Notes: generated by a model not told the origin, from the letters alone. 64,000 bases of DNA from Oscillospiraceae bacterium (GCA_020024285.1 JAHHTZ010000008.1:281-64280), one strand, 5' to 3'. Shown: positions 48,852 to 58,184, counted from the first letter of the stretch. Made by a program: numbers and translations.

Positions 48852-50822
48852 ATGGCGAATACTCTTCCGGCAATCGCCGCAGCCGCAGCCGTTCTTGCAG
48901 GTGCAGGAGCTGCCGCAGCGGTGGCAAAGAAAAAGAAGGACAGCACAGGAGCTATGACAGTAAAACATACACAAAAGGGAAGTTCCTACCGCAATACAGA
49001 GCTTGGTGCTCACGAAAAAAACAGCAAGGGCATCTATTACACCAACGGCAACTTTGAGGCGTTTGCGCGCCCCGAAAAGCCGCAGGGCGTAGAGAACAAA
49101 CACGCCTATATCGTCGGCAGCGGACTTGCCGCCCTTTCGGCAGCGTGCTTCCTTGTGCGTGACGCACAGATGGAAGGCTCAAAAATCCACATCCTTGAAG
49201 CGATGGACGTTCCGGGCGGAGCCTGCGACGGCATCAACGACCCAAGCCGCGGCTATATCATGCGCGGCGGCCGCGAGATGGAAAACCACTTCGAGTGTCT
49301 GTGGGATCTGTTCCACAGCATCCCGTCCCTTGAGATTCCGGGGGCATCGGTGCTGGACGAATTTTACTGGCTCAATAAGCACGACCCCAACTACTCCCTG
49401 TGCCGTGCCACCGTCAACCGCGGCGAGGATGCCCACACCGACGGAAAATTCAACCTCAGCCAAAAGGCATGTATGGAGATCGTCAAGCTCTTTCTGACAA
49501 GGGACGAGGATCTCTACGACAAAACCATCGAGGATGTATTCGATGACGAAGTGTTCCAATCCACCTTCTGGCTCTACTGGCGCACCATGTTCGCCTTTGA
49601 AAACTGGCACAGCGCCCTTGAGATGAAGCTCTACTTCCAGCGATTCATCCACCATATCGCAGGTCTGCCTGATTTCAGCGCACTCAAATTCACCCGGTAC
49701 AACCAGTATGAATCCCTCATCCTGCCGATGGTGAAATACCTTGAAGCTGCCGGCGTGGACTTCCAGTACAACACCGAGGTGACAAACGTCCTCTTTGACA
49801 TCGACGGCACAAGAAAAGTGGCAACTGCCATCGAATGCAAGGTAAAGGGCGTGGAAAAAGGCATCCTCCTCACCGAAAATGACATGGTATTTGTCACAAA
49901 CGGAAGCTGCACCGAGGGCACCATCTACGGCGATCAGGACCATGCACCGAATGGCGATGCCGAAGTGCGCACCAGCGGCTGCTGGAACCTGTGGAAGAAC
50001 ATCGCAAAGCAGGACCCGGCGTTCGGCCGTCCCGAAAAATTCTGCTCTGACATTGCAAAGACCAACTGGGAATCTGCCACCATCACCACCCTCGACGACG
50101 CCATCCTCCCATATATCACAAACATCTGCAAGCGCGATCCGCGCACCGGCAAGGTCGTAACGGGCGGCATCGTGAGCTGCAAGGATTCCAAATGGCTGAT
50201 GAGCTGGACCATCAACCGTCAGGGTCAGTTCAAGGAACAGTCTCCGGAGCAGGTTTGCGTCTGGGTTTACGGACTCTTTACCGACGTTCCCGGCGACTAT
50301 ATCAAAAAACCGATGCGCGAATGCACCGGTAAGGAGATCACCGAGGAATGGCTCTACCACCTCGGCGTTCCGGTGGAGGACATCCCGACCCTCGCAGAGC
50401 ACAGCGCAGTCTGCGTGCCGACCATGATGCCGTATATCACCGCATTCTTCATGCCGCGCACAAAGGGCGACCGCCCCGACGTGATCCCGGACGGCTGTGT
50501 GAACTTTGCGTTCCTCGGTCAGTTTGCCGAAACACCGCGCGACACCGTCTTTACCACCGAATACTCCGTGCGCACCGCAATGGAGGCAGTATACGGTCTG
50601 CTTCATGTGGACCGCGGCGTTCCGGAGGTATGGGGCAGCGTCTATGACGTGCGCGAGCTGCTCAAAAGCTCCGTGTGCCTGATGGACGGCAAATCTCCGC
50701 TGGAGATCCCTCTGCCGGGACCGGTGAACCTCATCAAAAAGCCGATGCTCAAGGCAATCAAGGGGACCGTCATCGAAAAGCTGCTGCGTCAGTATCACAT
50801 CATCAAAAAGGGAATGCTCTAA
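48852..50822 (+). CDS. ohyA: oleate hydratase (MCRA-family FAD-dependent fatty-acid hydratase)
   Basis: AYIVGSGLAALSAACFLVRD FAD fold. Also GGREMENHFECLWDLF and other MCRA-type blocks. 656 aa. Confidence 0.9.
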   Translation: MANTLPAIAAAAAVLAGAGAAAAVAKKKKDSTGAMTVKHTQKGSSYRNTELGAHEKNSKGIYYTNGNFEAFARPEKPQGVENKHAYIVGSGLAALSAACFLVRDAQMEGSKIHILEAMDVPGGACDGINDPSRGYIMRGGREMENHFECLWDLFHSIPSLEIPGASVLDEFYWLNKHDPNYSLCRATVNRGEDAHTDGKFNLSQKACMEIVKLFLTRDEDLYDKTIEDVFDDEVFQSTFWLYWRTMFAFENWHSALEMKLYFQRFIHHIAGLPDFSALKFTRYNQYESLILPMVKYLEAAGVDFQYNTEVTNVLFDIDGTRKVATAIECKVKGVEKGILLTENDMVFVTNGSCTEGTIYGDQDHAPNGDAEVRTSGCWNLWKNIAKQDPAFGRPEKFCSDIAKTNWESATITTLDDAILPYITNICKRDPRTGKVVTGGIVSCKDSKWLMSWTINRQGQFKEQSPEQVCVWVYGLFTDVPGDYIKKPMRECTGKEITEEWLYHLGVPVEDIPTLAEHSAVCVPTMMPYITAFFMPRTKGDRPDVIPDGCVNFAFLGQFAETPRDTVFTTEYSVRTAMEAVYGLLHVDRGVPEVWGSVYDVRELLKSSVCLMDGKSPLEIPLPGPVNLIKKPMLKAIKGTVIEKLLRQYHIIKKGML

Positions 50823-50830
50823 GATATTGC

Positions 50831-50869
50831 AAAAGCAGCACTCCTCCGAACAGGAGGAGTGCTGCTTTT
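50831..50869. terminator. bidirectional terminator
   Basis: Hairpin gcagcactcctcc-gaaca-ggaggagtgctgc with A and T flanks. Confidence 0.75.
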
Positions 50870-51325
50870 CTATTGGTCTGAATTTTTGATGGTGTATCGG
50901 TATTCGCTGCTGCCAAAGAGTGTTTCGTCCAGCTCATAGACGGTGAAGGTCGTTCCGTCAAACTTCATCCGACCCTGACTGCTCTGCACGACAATGCCGT
51001 TTTCCACCTTATGGAAGGCGGCAAGATGACCCGTCAGATGGACCTCATACGACTGCCAGTCCTCGCCCGATTTGAAGCAGGCTGTCACGTTGGCGATCCT
51101 GCTGCTTTTTTCCGGGACCATCCTTGCGACAAGATAGCTGTTCCCATCGTCGGAAACCCAGGTGTCTTCCGACGACCAGGGACCCTCGTTGATGAGATAA
51201 TCCGCAAAACGGTGGTTCCCGTTCCATGCGTGGATCAGATAGGCGTAACAGCCTACCGCAACGAGCACGGCAATCACAAGCACGGCGGAAATCGTTCCGA
51301 CGATGATTTTTGTTTTCTTTTTCAT
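50870..51325 (-). CDS. membrane-anchored hypothetical protein
   Basis: MKKKTKIIVGTISAVLVIAVLVAVGCYAY anchor followed by a soluble domain of about 120 aa. No known motif recognised. Confidence 0.55.
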   Translation of the reverse strand: MKKKTKIIVGTISAVLVIAVLVAVGCYAYLIHAWNGNHRFADYLINEGPWSSEDTWVSDDGNSYLVARMVPEKSSRIANVTACFKSGEDWQSYEVHLTGHLAAFHKVENGIVVQSSQGRMKFDGTTFTVYELDETLFGSSEYRYTIKNSDQ

Positions 51326-51355
51326 CAAGATCATCCTTTCTAAGATCACACGGCA

Positions 51356-51598
51356 TTACGGTTTTGATTCCTTGCTGCGGATGATGACTTTAACAATCAG
51401 CGCAGCAGCGATCACCACAGCGGTAATTACTCCATAGATAATGATGCTCGTAACCCATGGAGCCGATTGGGAAGCAGGATATTTTTTTGCATTCAAAAAA
51501 ACATATGCTCCGTGTCCGATAAAAACGCCAATGCAGCATCCGATGATGGTATTTAATATCCGATTGATTTTCTTACCATATTTTTTCATCAGGTTCAT
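51356..51598 (-). CDS. small two-TM membrane protein
   Basis: 80-aa ORF with two hydrophobic helices, immediately upstream of the previous gene on the same strand. Confidence 0.5.
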   Translation of the reverse strand: MNLMKKYGKKINRILNTIIGCCIGVFIGHGAYVFLNAKKYPASQSAPWVTSIIIYGVITAVVIAAALIVKVIIRSKESKP

Positions 51599-51780
51599 CC
51601 TTTCTGCATCGTTTCAAAATCCCCGCAAAAACAAAGCCTCTATACGGATGATTATAGCACAGTTTCAGAGAAAGGAAAGGCTTATCACAGAAAAAGGCGC
51701 AGGGGCAGATTCGGTGGAAATTTTCCGCTTTGTGTGGTATACTCTTTGTAACAGAAGCACAGAAAACGGAGGGATTTGCA

Positions 51781-52224
51781 ATGACAGTGGAAAACCGTGC
51801 CGCATTAAACGGCATGAGCAGGCTTTTGGCATGGGGGCTGGCACTCTGGATGGTGCTGTCCCTTGCGGGATGCGGCAGCGGCGGGGAGATCGGCAGCATG
51901 AAGGTAACCCCGTGGGAGTCCGAGCTTTACTCGGAGCAGGAGGTTCAATCGGCAATCGATACAGCCGCCGACTACTTTAAGAAGGAATTTTCCGGCTGTA
52001 CGCTCACCGAGATCACCTATGCAGGCGACGAAGAGAGTGAGAAGGAGGCGCAGTATGCGCTCAAAAACGGCGCAGATGAAGTCATCGTCCTTGTTTCGAG
52101 CTTTACGGTGGATGAATCGGGCGGGGACGGCTCTCTCAATCCGAACAGCACCTACAGGAATTTTCAGTGGATCTTGATTCGCAAAAACGGCGGAAGCTGG
52201 CAGCACTTCGACCACGGATATTAA
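51781..52224 (+). CDS. hypothetical lipoprotein
   Basis: GGAGGGA RBS. Signal peptide and lipobox (VLSLAGC). Its last 45 codons begin a 150-bp tandem repeat array. Confidence 0.65.
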   Translation: MTVENRAALNGMSRLLAWGLALWMVLSLAGCGSGGEIGSMKVTPWESELYSEQEVQSAIDTAADYFKKEFSGCTLTEITYAGDEESEKEAQYALKNGADEVIVLVSSFTVDESGGDGSLNPNSTYRNFQWILIRKNGGSWQHFDHGY

Positions 52225-52525
52225 ATAGAAGCGTACCTCCTTGTTTCGAGTGTTGCGGTGGATGAATCGGGCGGGGATGGCTCGCTCAATCCAAACAGCA
52301 CCTACAGGAATTTTCCGTGGATTTTGATTCGCAAAAACGGCGGCAGCTGGCAGCACTTCGACCACGGATATTAAATAGAAGCGCACCTCCTTGTTTCGAG
52401 CGTTGCGGTGGATGAATCGGGCGGGGACGGCTCGCTCAATCCGAACAGCACCTACAGGAATTTCCAGTGGATCTTGATTCGCAAAAGCGGCGGCAGCTGG
52501 GAGCACTTTGAGCATGGAGATAAAA
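52088..52525 (+). repeat. three tandem copies (period 150 bp) of the lipoprotein gene 3' end
   Basis: tccttgtttcgag recurs at 52088, 52238 and 52388. Copies 1 and 2 each end in ...HFDHGY-TAA (stops at 52222 and 52372). Copy 3 diverges at its end (...WEHFEHGDKTKQ) before the terminator. Confidence 0.9.
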
Positions 52526-52531
52526 CAAAAC

Positions 52532-52564
52532 AGAAGGCAGCACGGGTTCTCCGTGCTGCCTTCT
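52532..52564. terminator. bidirectional terminator
   Basis: Hairpin agaaggcagcacgg-gttct-ccgtgctgccttct. Confidence 0.7.
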
Positions 52565-52602
52565 GTCTGTCAAATTTACTTTGGGGTGAGAGGGGGGGAG
52601 GC

Positions 52603-53505
52603 TTAGTCTGCTGCGGCGCAGATGCCGGCGATGGTGCCGTCTGCAACGGCGGTGGATACCTGACGCACCGCCTTTATGCGGATATCGCCTGCCGCGTATA
52701 CGCCGGGGATGGCAGTTTCCATTTTTTCGTTTGTTGGGATAAAGCCGTCCTCAAGGGTGAGTTCGGTATAAAGTGCGGTGTTCGGCAGAGTACCTGCATA
52801 CACAAAGATGCCGCAGCCTGCATCCTCGATGGTTTCGATGGCGCCTGTTTTTTCGTCGGAGATTTCAAGCGACTGCACCTGATCGACGCCGTATACCGCA
52901 TGAAGTCTGGAATGCAGACACAGGGAGATGTTCGGGGTCTGCGCCACCTTATCACGGAATTCCGCAATGCAGCCGAGCTGATCTTCAAAGTGGATGATGG
53001 TCACCTTGGCACCGAATTTTGCAAGGTAGAGCGCTTCCTTCACCGCGCCGTCGGCTCCGCCCACTACGTAGATGTTTTTGCCGCGGTACAGTTCGGCGTG
53101 TTTTGCAGCATTCATCGACATTCCCTTGCCGGCAAGCTCTGCTTCGCCGGGGATCGCAAGCTTTCTTGGGGACGTTCCGTTTGCAAGGATGACTTTTTGT
53201 GCTTCGTAGATTTTTTGTGCGGTGTGGATCTTCTTCGTTTTGCCCATCAGCTCCACCGAGGTGACCTCTGTGTTTACGATCTCGATGCCGGAGCGCTCTG
53301 CCTGCTCCTTCAGACGCCGGGAGAAGGTGTCGCCCGTTTCCGCTTCGATGACCGATGCATAGTGGGTGACGGTGGATACCTTCCCGATCAGTCCGCCCAC
53401 TGCGTTTTTCTCCAGAATCACCGTTTTCCTTCCGCGGCTGACCGCATAGATCCCGGCACTGATCCCCGCCGGACCTGCTCCGATAATTACAACATCATAC
53501 ATCAT
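52603..53505 (-). CDS. thioredoxin-reductase-like FAD/NAD(P)-dependent oxidoreductase lacking the CxxC redox centre
   Basis: AAAAAGGAGGAG RBS. Start MMYDVVIIGAGPAGISAG. Second dinucleotide fold YVVGGADGAVKEALYL, and GVYAAGD. Where TrxB carries CATC, this protein reads MNAAK. Confidence 0.85.
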   Translation of the reverse strand: MMYDVVIIGAGPAGISAGIYAVSRGRKTVILEKNAVGGLIGKVSTVTHYASVIEAETGDTFSRRLKEQAERSGIEIVNTEVTSVELMGKTKKIHTAQKIYEAQKVILANGTSPRKLAIPGEAELAGKGMSMNAAKHAELYRGKNIYVVGGADGAVKEALYLAKFGAKVTIIHFEDQLGCIAEFRDKVAQTPNISLCLHSRLHAVYGVDQVQSLEISDEKTGAIETIEDAGCGIFVYAGTLPNTALYTELTLEDGFIPTNEKMETAIPGVYAAGDIRIKAVRQVSTAVADGTIAGICAAAD

Positions 53506-53644
53506 GTTCGCTCCTCCTTTTTGAATCTGCCTTTTTGTTCTACCCATACTATACTGCGCACACTTCACTTTGTAAAATTATAATAATTGATATTATGATA
53601 AAAATAGCTTATCATAGACAGCAGAAGAAAGTGAGGTGCCGATC

Positions 53645-54631
53645 ATGCTTGACTATCGTATGGAAACTTTTTTGGCTGTGTGCAAATACATGAACTTTAC
53701 CCACGCCGCACAGGAGCTGAATCTGACGCAGCCTGCCGTGTCCCAGCACATCCAGTATCTGGAGAAAAAATACGAATCGCCGCTTCTCATCCGCGAGAAC
53801 AAAAAGCTCTCCCTCACACCGGCAGGGGAGATCCTGCGCTCTGCGCTGGAAACCATGCGAAACGACGAAAATACCATGAAAAAGCGCATGAAGGAGAGCC
53901 TGTGTGCCAAGAAGCTCATCACCTTCGGCGTGACGATGACCATCGGGGAATACGCCATCCTGCCTGCACTTGCAAAGCTCATCCACGCGCACCCCGACAC
54001 CGATTTTTACATCCGATACGGCAACACGCAGACGCTGCTGTCGTACCTGTATGAGGGGAACATCGATTTTGCGGTGGTGGAGGGGTATTTTAAGGAGGAG
54101 CAGTACAACAAGCGCGTCTTTCGCAACGAGCAGTATATCGCCGTCTGCGCGGCGGGGCATCGCTTTGCGCAGGAGATCCGCTGTCTGCGCGACCTCACAG
54201 GCGAGCGCCTTCTGGTGCGGGAGCTGGGCTCCGGCTCGCGCGCCATCCTCTCAAGGACGCTTGCTGTCAACAACCTCTCCATTCAGGACTTTGGAGGGAT
54301 CGTCGAGGTGGAGAACATCCACACGCTGGTGTCGCTGCTGCTGGAGGACTGCGGCATCACCTTTTTGTATCAGTCCGCCGTGGAGCAGGAGCTGCGAAAA
54401 GGCACCATCCAAAAGATTTTGCTCTCGGATTTTTCCATGAGCCACGACTTTACCTTCATCTGGAACAAGGACAGCATCTTTTCGGGAGAATACGATCATA
54501 TCTTTGACGAGCTGTGCGAGAATACGCCCGCACAGGACGACCCATTGGAAGAAGCCGTCTGCACTGCACAAAATTGGGACGAGCAGGAGGATGGCTGCGA
54601 CCTTGGGAAGAATTTTTCGAGGTTTGAATAA
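53645..54631 (+). CDS. LysR-family transcriptional regulator
   Basis: HTH region METFLAVCKYMNFTHAAQELNLTQPAVSQHIQYLEKKY. Divergent from the TrxB-like gene. Confidence 0.85.
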   Translation: MLDYRMETFLAVCKYMNFTHAAQELNLTQPAVSQHIQYLEKKYESPLLIRENKKLSLTPAGEILRSALETMRNDENTMKKRMKESLCAKKLITFGVTMTIGEYAILPALAKLIHAHPDTDFYIRYGNTQTLLSYLYEGNIDFAVVEGYFKEEQYNKRVFRNEQYIAVCAAGHRFAQEIRCLRDLTGERLLVRELGSGSRAILSRTLAVNNLSIQDFGGIVEVENIHTLVSLLLEDCGITFLYQSAVEQELRKGTIQKILLSDFSMSHDFTFIWNKDSIFSGEYDHIFDELCENTPAQDDPLEEAVCTAQNWDEQEDGCDLGKNFSRFE

Positions 54632-54649
54632 CGGTGCAGACGGCATAAC

Positions 54650-54685
54650 AAAACGAGGCGCAGCCGAAAGGCTGCGCCTCGTTTT
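54650..54685. terminator. bidirectional terminator
   Basis: Hairpin aaaacgaggcgcagcc-gaaa-ggctgcgcctcgtttt. Confidence 0.8.
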
Positions 54686-54689
54686 GTTG

Positions 54690-55220
54690 TTACAGAGCTG
54701 CCCCGCTGTCCTCCTGCGAGAGCATCCGAAGGCAGGCGTTCAAATAGATCATATGGCAGACGGCGGTGATCGCGCTCCTCAGCATCTCCTTTTCTATGGA
54801 GGAGGTCACTCCCACATCGTCGATCGAATCCTTGAGCCCAAAGCAGCAGCCCAAAACATTCTCGATCTCAAGGCAGAAATAGTCGTACGCCGTTTGCTCG
54901 CAGTAAGCTGTTTTCTGAAGCGAAAACAGCTTGCTGATGTGTTCGAGCGGGGCGGCATGCTTTAAGACGGCGATGCAGATGAGGTGGGCGATGTGCGGTG
55001 CCTTGTAGAGCTTGTTTACGGGATTTGGCACCAGCCCCTGCTTGACGTAGTTGCGCACCATCGAGCCTGTGATTTCGATGCAGCCGAGTTGTTTGAGGCA
55101 TTGATTGATATATTTGACGGTCTGTTCGAGATAAAGTCCAACGTTTGGCAGCTCGGCGTATCTTGGCAGACGAAACCCACGCATCCAATCTGCCAACGCC
55201 TGTTTTAATTTTGTATCCAT
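54690..55220 (-). CDS. DUF1836-domain protein
   Basis: LPRYAELPNVGLYLEQTVKYIN...ITGSMVRNYVKQGLV matches my memory of DUF1836. The start is taken as MDTKLK. Confidence 0.65.
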   Translation of the reverse strand: MDTKLKQALADWMRGFRLPRYAELPNVGLYLEQTVKYINQCLKQLGCIEITGSMVRNYVKQGLVPNPVNKLYKAPHIAHLICIAVLKHAAPLEHISKLFSLQKTAYCEQTAYDYFCLEIENVLGCCFGLKDSIDDVGVTSSIEKEMLRSAITAVCHMIYLNACLRMLSQEDSGAAL

Positions 55221-55410
55221 AGCTTTATTATAAAAAAATTTTTGCAAAAGTCAACGCTGCAAAAAAGTGCTTGACGAATGAGAGGATGCATGATACCATA
55301 ATACAGGTTTTTAAAAAACCTCTAACAGAGTAGAAGAAACCTCGATGCCCTGCGGTCTGCGCAGGAAATCGAAATTTTGTGAGCATCCAAACAAAAAAGG
55401 AGTTATAACA

Positions 55411-56634
55411 ATGGAAAAAACAAGCACGATGTCCCGTGCAAAGAAAATCACGCTCGCTGTGATCGGCGTGCTGCTTTTGATTGTCTTGGTTCTTGGGATC
55501 ACCGTTTATGCAGTATGGCACAACGAGCTTTCCACCCTTCAAAGCATCCGCCTTCTGCGCGAGCGCAACGACGAGCACCTCGACGGAGCCGTTTACACGA
55601 TGCACGTCAAGGGGGGATTTTACCTCGATGAATTCATCGAGCAGGGCGGCGTCAAAAACGACAGCGAGCTGATCGCCTTCATCACCAACAACATCACAAA
55701 AGGGCTCCTTGATATGAGCTTCGACGCGCCGGAGATCGCCTGCTCCTCCTTCACGGCAACGGCAGAAAACGGCGACCGTCTCTTCGCACGCAACTATGAC
55801 CTCAAAAAGACGAACACCTGCCTTGTCTTTACCGAAGCGCAAAACGGACGCCATGCCACCATATCGAGCGTCGATCTCCACTTTCTCGGCATTTCCCCCG
55901 ACCACAACATGGAAAAATTGATGGACAAGGTGACAGCGCTTGCAGCACCGTATATCCCGCTGGACGGCATCAACGATGCCGGCGTGAGCTGCGGGGTGTA
56001 CATGACGACACAGGGCGGGGAAGAAACCGTCGCAACCGACCAAAATACCGACAAGCCGGACTTTACCTCCACAACGCTCCTGCGCCTCATCCTCGACTAT
56101 GCAGACAGCGTGGAGGATGCCGTGCAGATCGCATCGTCCTTTGACCTGCACGACTCCGCAAAGACCTCCTACCACTACATGGTGGCAGATGCAACCGGAA
56201 AGAGCGCCATCCTCGAATGGGTAGCAGGTACCGACTCCACCGACAACGACGGCAGCCGCCGCGAGCTTGTTGTGACCTATCACGACGACGATGCCCACAT
56301 CGGGGAGCGCGAGGGCGCAACAGACTATCAGGTCATCACGAACTTCATCATCCAGCCGGGCTACTATGAAGGCTCGGAAAAAGAGGACAAGAAGGGCGTA
56401 GACCGCTACGAAAAGCTCTATGAGGAGCTGGAAAAAACAAACGGCATCGTCGCAGACGAGAGTGCCGCCATGCAGATCCTGAGCACCGTGGGCAGAAGGA
56501 GCTGGAACAACGACGACAAAAACAGCTGCACCATCCACAGCGTTGTCTACAACATGACAAAGCGCACCGTGCAGTGGGTCCCGAACGAAAACTACGACGA
56601 CCCAAGCGCCGTGTATGAATTTTCGTTTTCCTAA
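55411..56634 (+). CDS. membrane-anchored linear amide C-N hydrolase (choloylglycine hydrolase/Ntn, C59-like)
   Basis: AAAAGGAG RBS and an N-terminal TM anchor. Candidate nucleophile Cys111 (nt 55741) in IA|CSSFTA, with Arg at +16 and Asp at +19 (FARNYD). This matches the Cys2/Arg18/Asp21 spacing of BSH/PVA enzymes. Confidence 0.72.
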   Translation: MEKTSTMSRAKKITLAVIGVLLLIVLVLGITVYAVWHNELSTLQSIRLLRERNDEHLDGAVYTMHVKGGFYLDEFIEQGGVKNDSELIAFITNNITKGLLDMSFDAPEIACSSFTATAENGDRLFARNYDLKKTNTCLVFTEAQNGRHATISSVDLHFLGISPDHNMEKLMDKVTALAAPYIPLDGINDAGVSCGVYMTTQGGEETVATDQNTDKPDFTSTTLLRLILDYADSVEDAVQIASSFDLHDSAKTSYHYMVADATGKSAILEWVAGTDSTDNDGSRRELVVTYHDDDAHIGEREGATDYQVITNFIIQPGYYEGSEKEDKKGVDRYEKLYEELEKTNGIVADESAAMQILSTVGRRSWNNDDKNSCTIHSVVYNMTKRTVQWVPNENYDDPSAVYEFSFS

Positions 56635-56864
56635 ATCATAAAACAGCAAAAGATAAACTTAGAATCATCTTTCCTTAAAACAGACAGGCGGAGCGCACCG
56701 TAGATCGATGCGCTCCGCCTGTTCCTGCGTATGGCAGCAGGCACCAAAAGCTGTCGTCAGGATCGCCAAAAAAACAGCGGATCGCTTTATTTTTCTGGAA
56801 AAACAGCCGATATATAGAGTATAGGAGCTGTGCAATCATTTCTATACTGAAAGGAGCATACAAA

Positions 56865-57332
56865 ATGACGATCCATGATATTGCAAGAATGATGGTGAGC
56901 AGAGAACGCTTTCAGCGTCAAAGCTCGGAGCCGAAGCTAAAAAACGGCTCGCTGCCTCCAAAGGGTCATGTGAATCCCTATTGTCCCGAAGGCATGGACA
57001 TTACCGGAATGAAAGAGTCTGACTTCAAATTCATCCCTGTATCCAAAGACGCAGAGCAGCAGATGAAGGATATTGCGTTCAGCCAGATGAAAAATAATTA
57101 TGGAATGACAGGTGAACGTGGGGATGTGGCAGAAGCAGTTAAGGCTTATTTATCCAAAATCCCTGCAAAAGATCGCATCAATGCCGGATGGACATTAAAT
57201 CATGTTTATCAGGCAGAAGCTCGAAAGTTATCTGACTTTATAAAATCCCGTGTTCCCGGCTGGCAGCATGGGCAGGTCTTTGATACCAGCATCCTGGACG
57301 AATACAAGCAGGGCATCGATATCATGGCGTAA
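56865..57332 (+). CDS. hypothetical protein
   Basis: 155-aa ORF after an AAAGGAG RBS. No confident family assignment. Confidence 0.5.
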   Translation: MTIHDIARMMVSRERFQRQSSEPKLKNGSLPPKGHVNPYCPEGMDITGMKESDFKFIPVSKDAEQQMKDIAFSQMKNNYGMTGERGDVAEAVKAYLSKIPAKDRINAGWTLNHVYQAEARKLSDFIKSRVPGWQHGQVFDTSILDEYKQGIDIMA

Positions 57333-58006
57333 TGGGGGATGCCTTCGCTCTCATTCAAAGCATCCGAAACGAATCCAGAGAGCATCGATACGATGGGGAG
57401 CCGCACAAGGAAGGGATGCGCTCTCTCCATTATTTCATACAGGAGGAAGATAATGTGCGGCAAATCGATTTTACTCCATCCGAGCACTATAAAAACTCAT
57501 TGAAACCATTGGACAAAGAACGCTTGATCCCTTACAATTTACCGGATGATATATTCAATTTTTTAACCCAGACAGGGCTGCCAGTTGATACAAGCTTTGA
57601 ATTTAATGCAAACATATCCATTACATTTTGTGCGTTTCCCGTTCTAAAGAAATATCCATATCTTCAGCATGACTATCTATATTTTGCAAGTATGGAGGAA
57701 ATGGGAGAGCTATCGATCGATCTGCACTCCAAAGATGTATTCCAGTATGTAGATCAATACATGCCGCATAGCTTAGTGAATTCGAGTATAGAGAAGTTCA
57801 TAGAATCTTTAGGCATGTGGTTAACGTTTTACCCGCAATTTCAGAGTTATATGGAAGAAATGTACGAGGAAGATCCATGCTTCAGCCTTTTTGAAGATGA
57901 TGAAATACTCAGGCTGATGAGCAATAAAATAAAAGAACTTGATCCATATTCTATGAAATATCAAAAATTCTTTTGGAGCAGGATGTGTGAAGCGGATCTA
58001 TTTTGA
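57332..58006 (+). CDS. hypothetical protein, possibly a SUKH/SMI1-KNR4-like immunity-type protein
   Basis: ORF in a visibly AT-richer stretch. The more likely start is the GTG at 57455, preceded by CAGGAGGAAG. Resemblance to SUKH-type proteins is weak (YNLPDDIFNFLTQTGLP... and an acidic C-terminus). Confidence 0.4.
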   Translation: MGDAFALIQSIRNESREHRYDGEPHKEGMRSLHYFIQEEDNVRQIDFTPSEHYKNSLKPLDKERLIPYNLPDDIFNFLTQTGLPVDTSFEFNANISITFCAFPVLKKYPYLQHDYLYFASMEEMGELSIDLHSKDVFQYVDQYMPHSLVNSSIEKFIESLGMWLTFYPQFQSYMEEMYEEDPCFSLFEDDEILRLMSNKIKELDPYSMKYQKFFWSRMCEADLF

Positions 58007-58184
58007 AGCACTCACACCCCATTGAATCAAAAAGCCTGAGTTAACATGGGAGGTGCTGTCCCGCCAAAGGGAAAAGGCAGCGCAAACAGGCTTGCGGCTG
58101 TGTCAAAATCACCAGTTTGGCAGGCGCATTTGATGGGGGATGCACAGACTTTTGCAGGCACAAGGACAAAGCCCGGTTTTTGCA

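Noticed and set aside
4120-52525. CRISPR-array interpretation of the three tandem-repeat regions (4120..4880, 19633..19848, 52088..52525).
   Set aside because: All are in-frame coding repeats without unique spacers between constant repeats, and no cas genes are present in the window.
43236-56649. Other large shadow ORFs: 43236..44255 +, 49179..50798 -, 51805..52515 -, 52408..53583 + and 55228..56649 -.
   Set aside because: They lie opposite the EIIC-like permease, oleate hydratase, lipoprotein repeat array, TrxB-like and Ntn-hydrolase genes respectively, and have no independent support.
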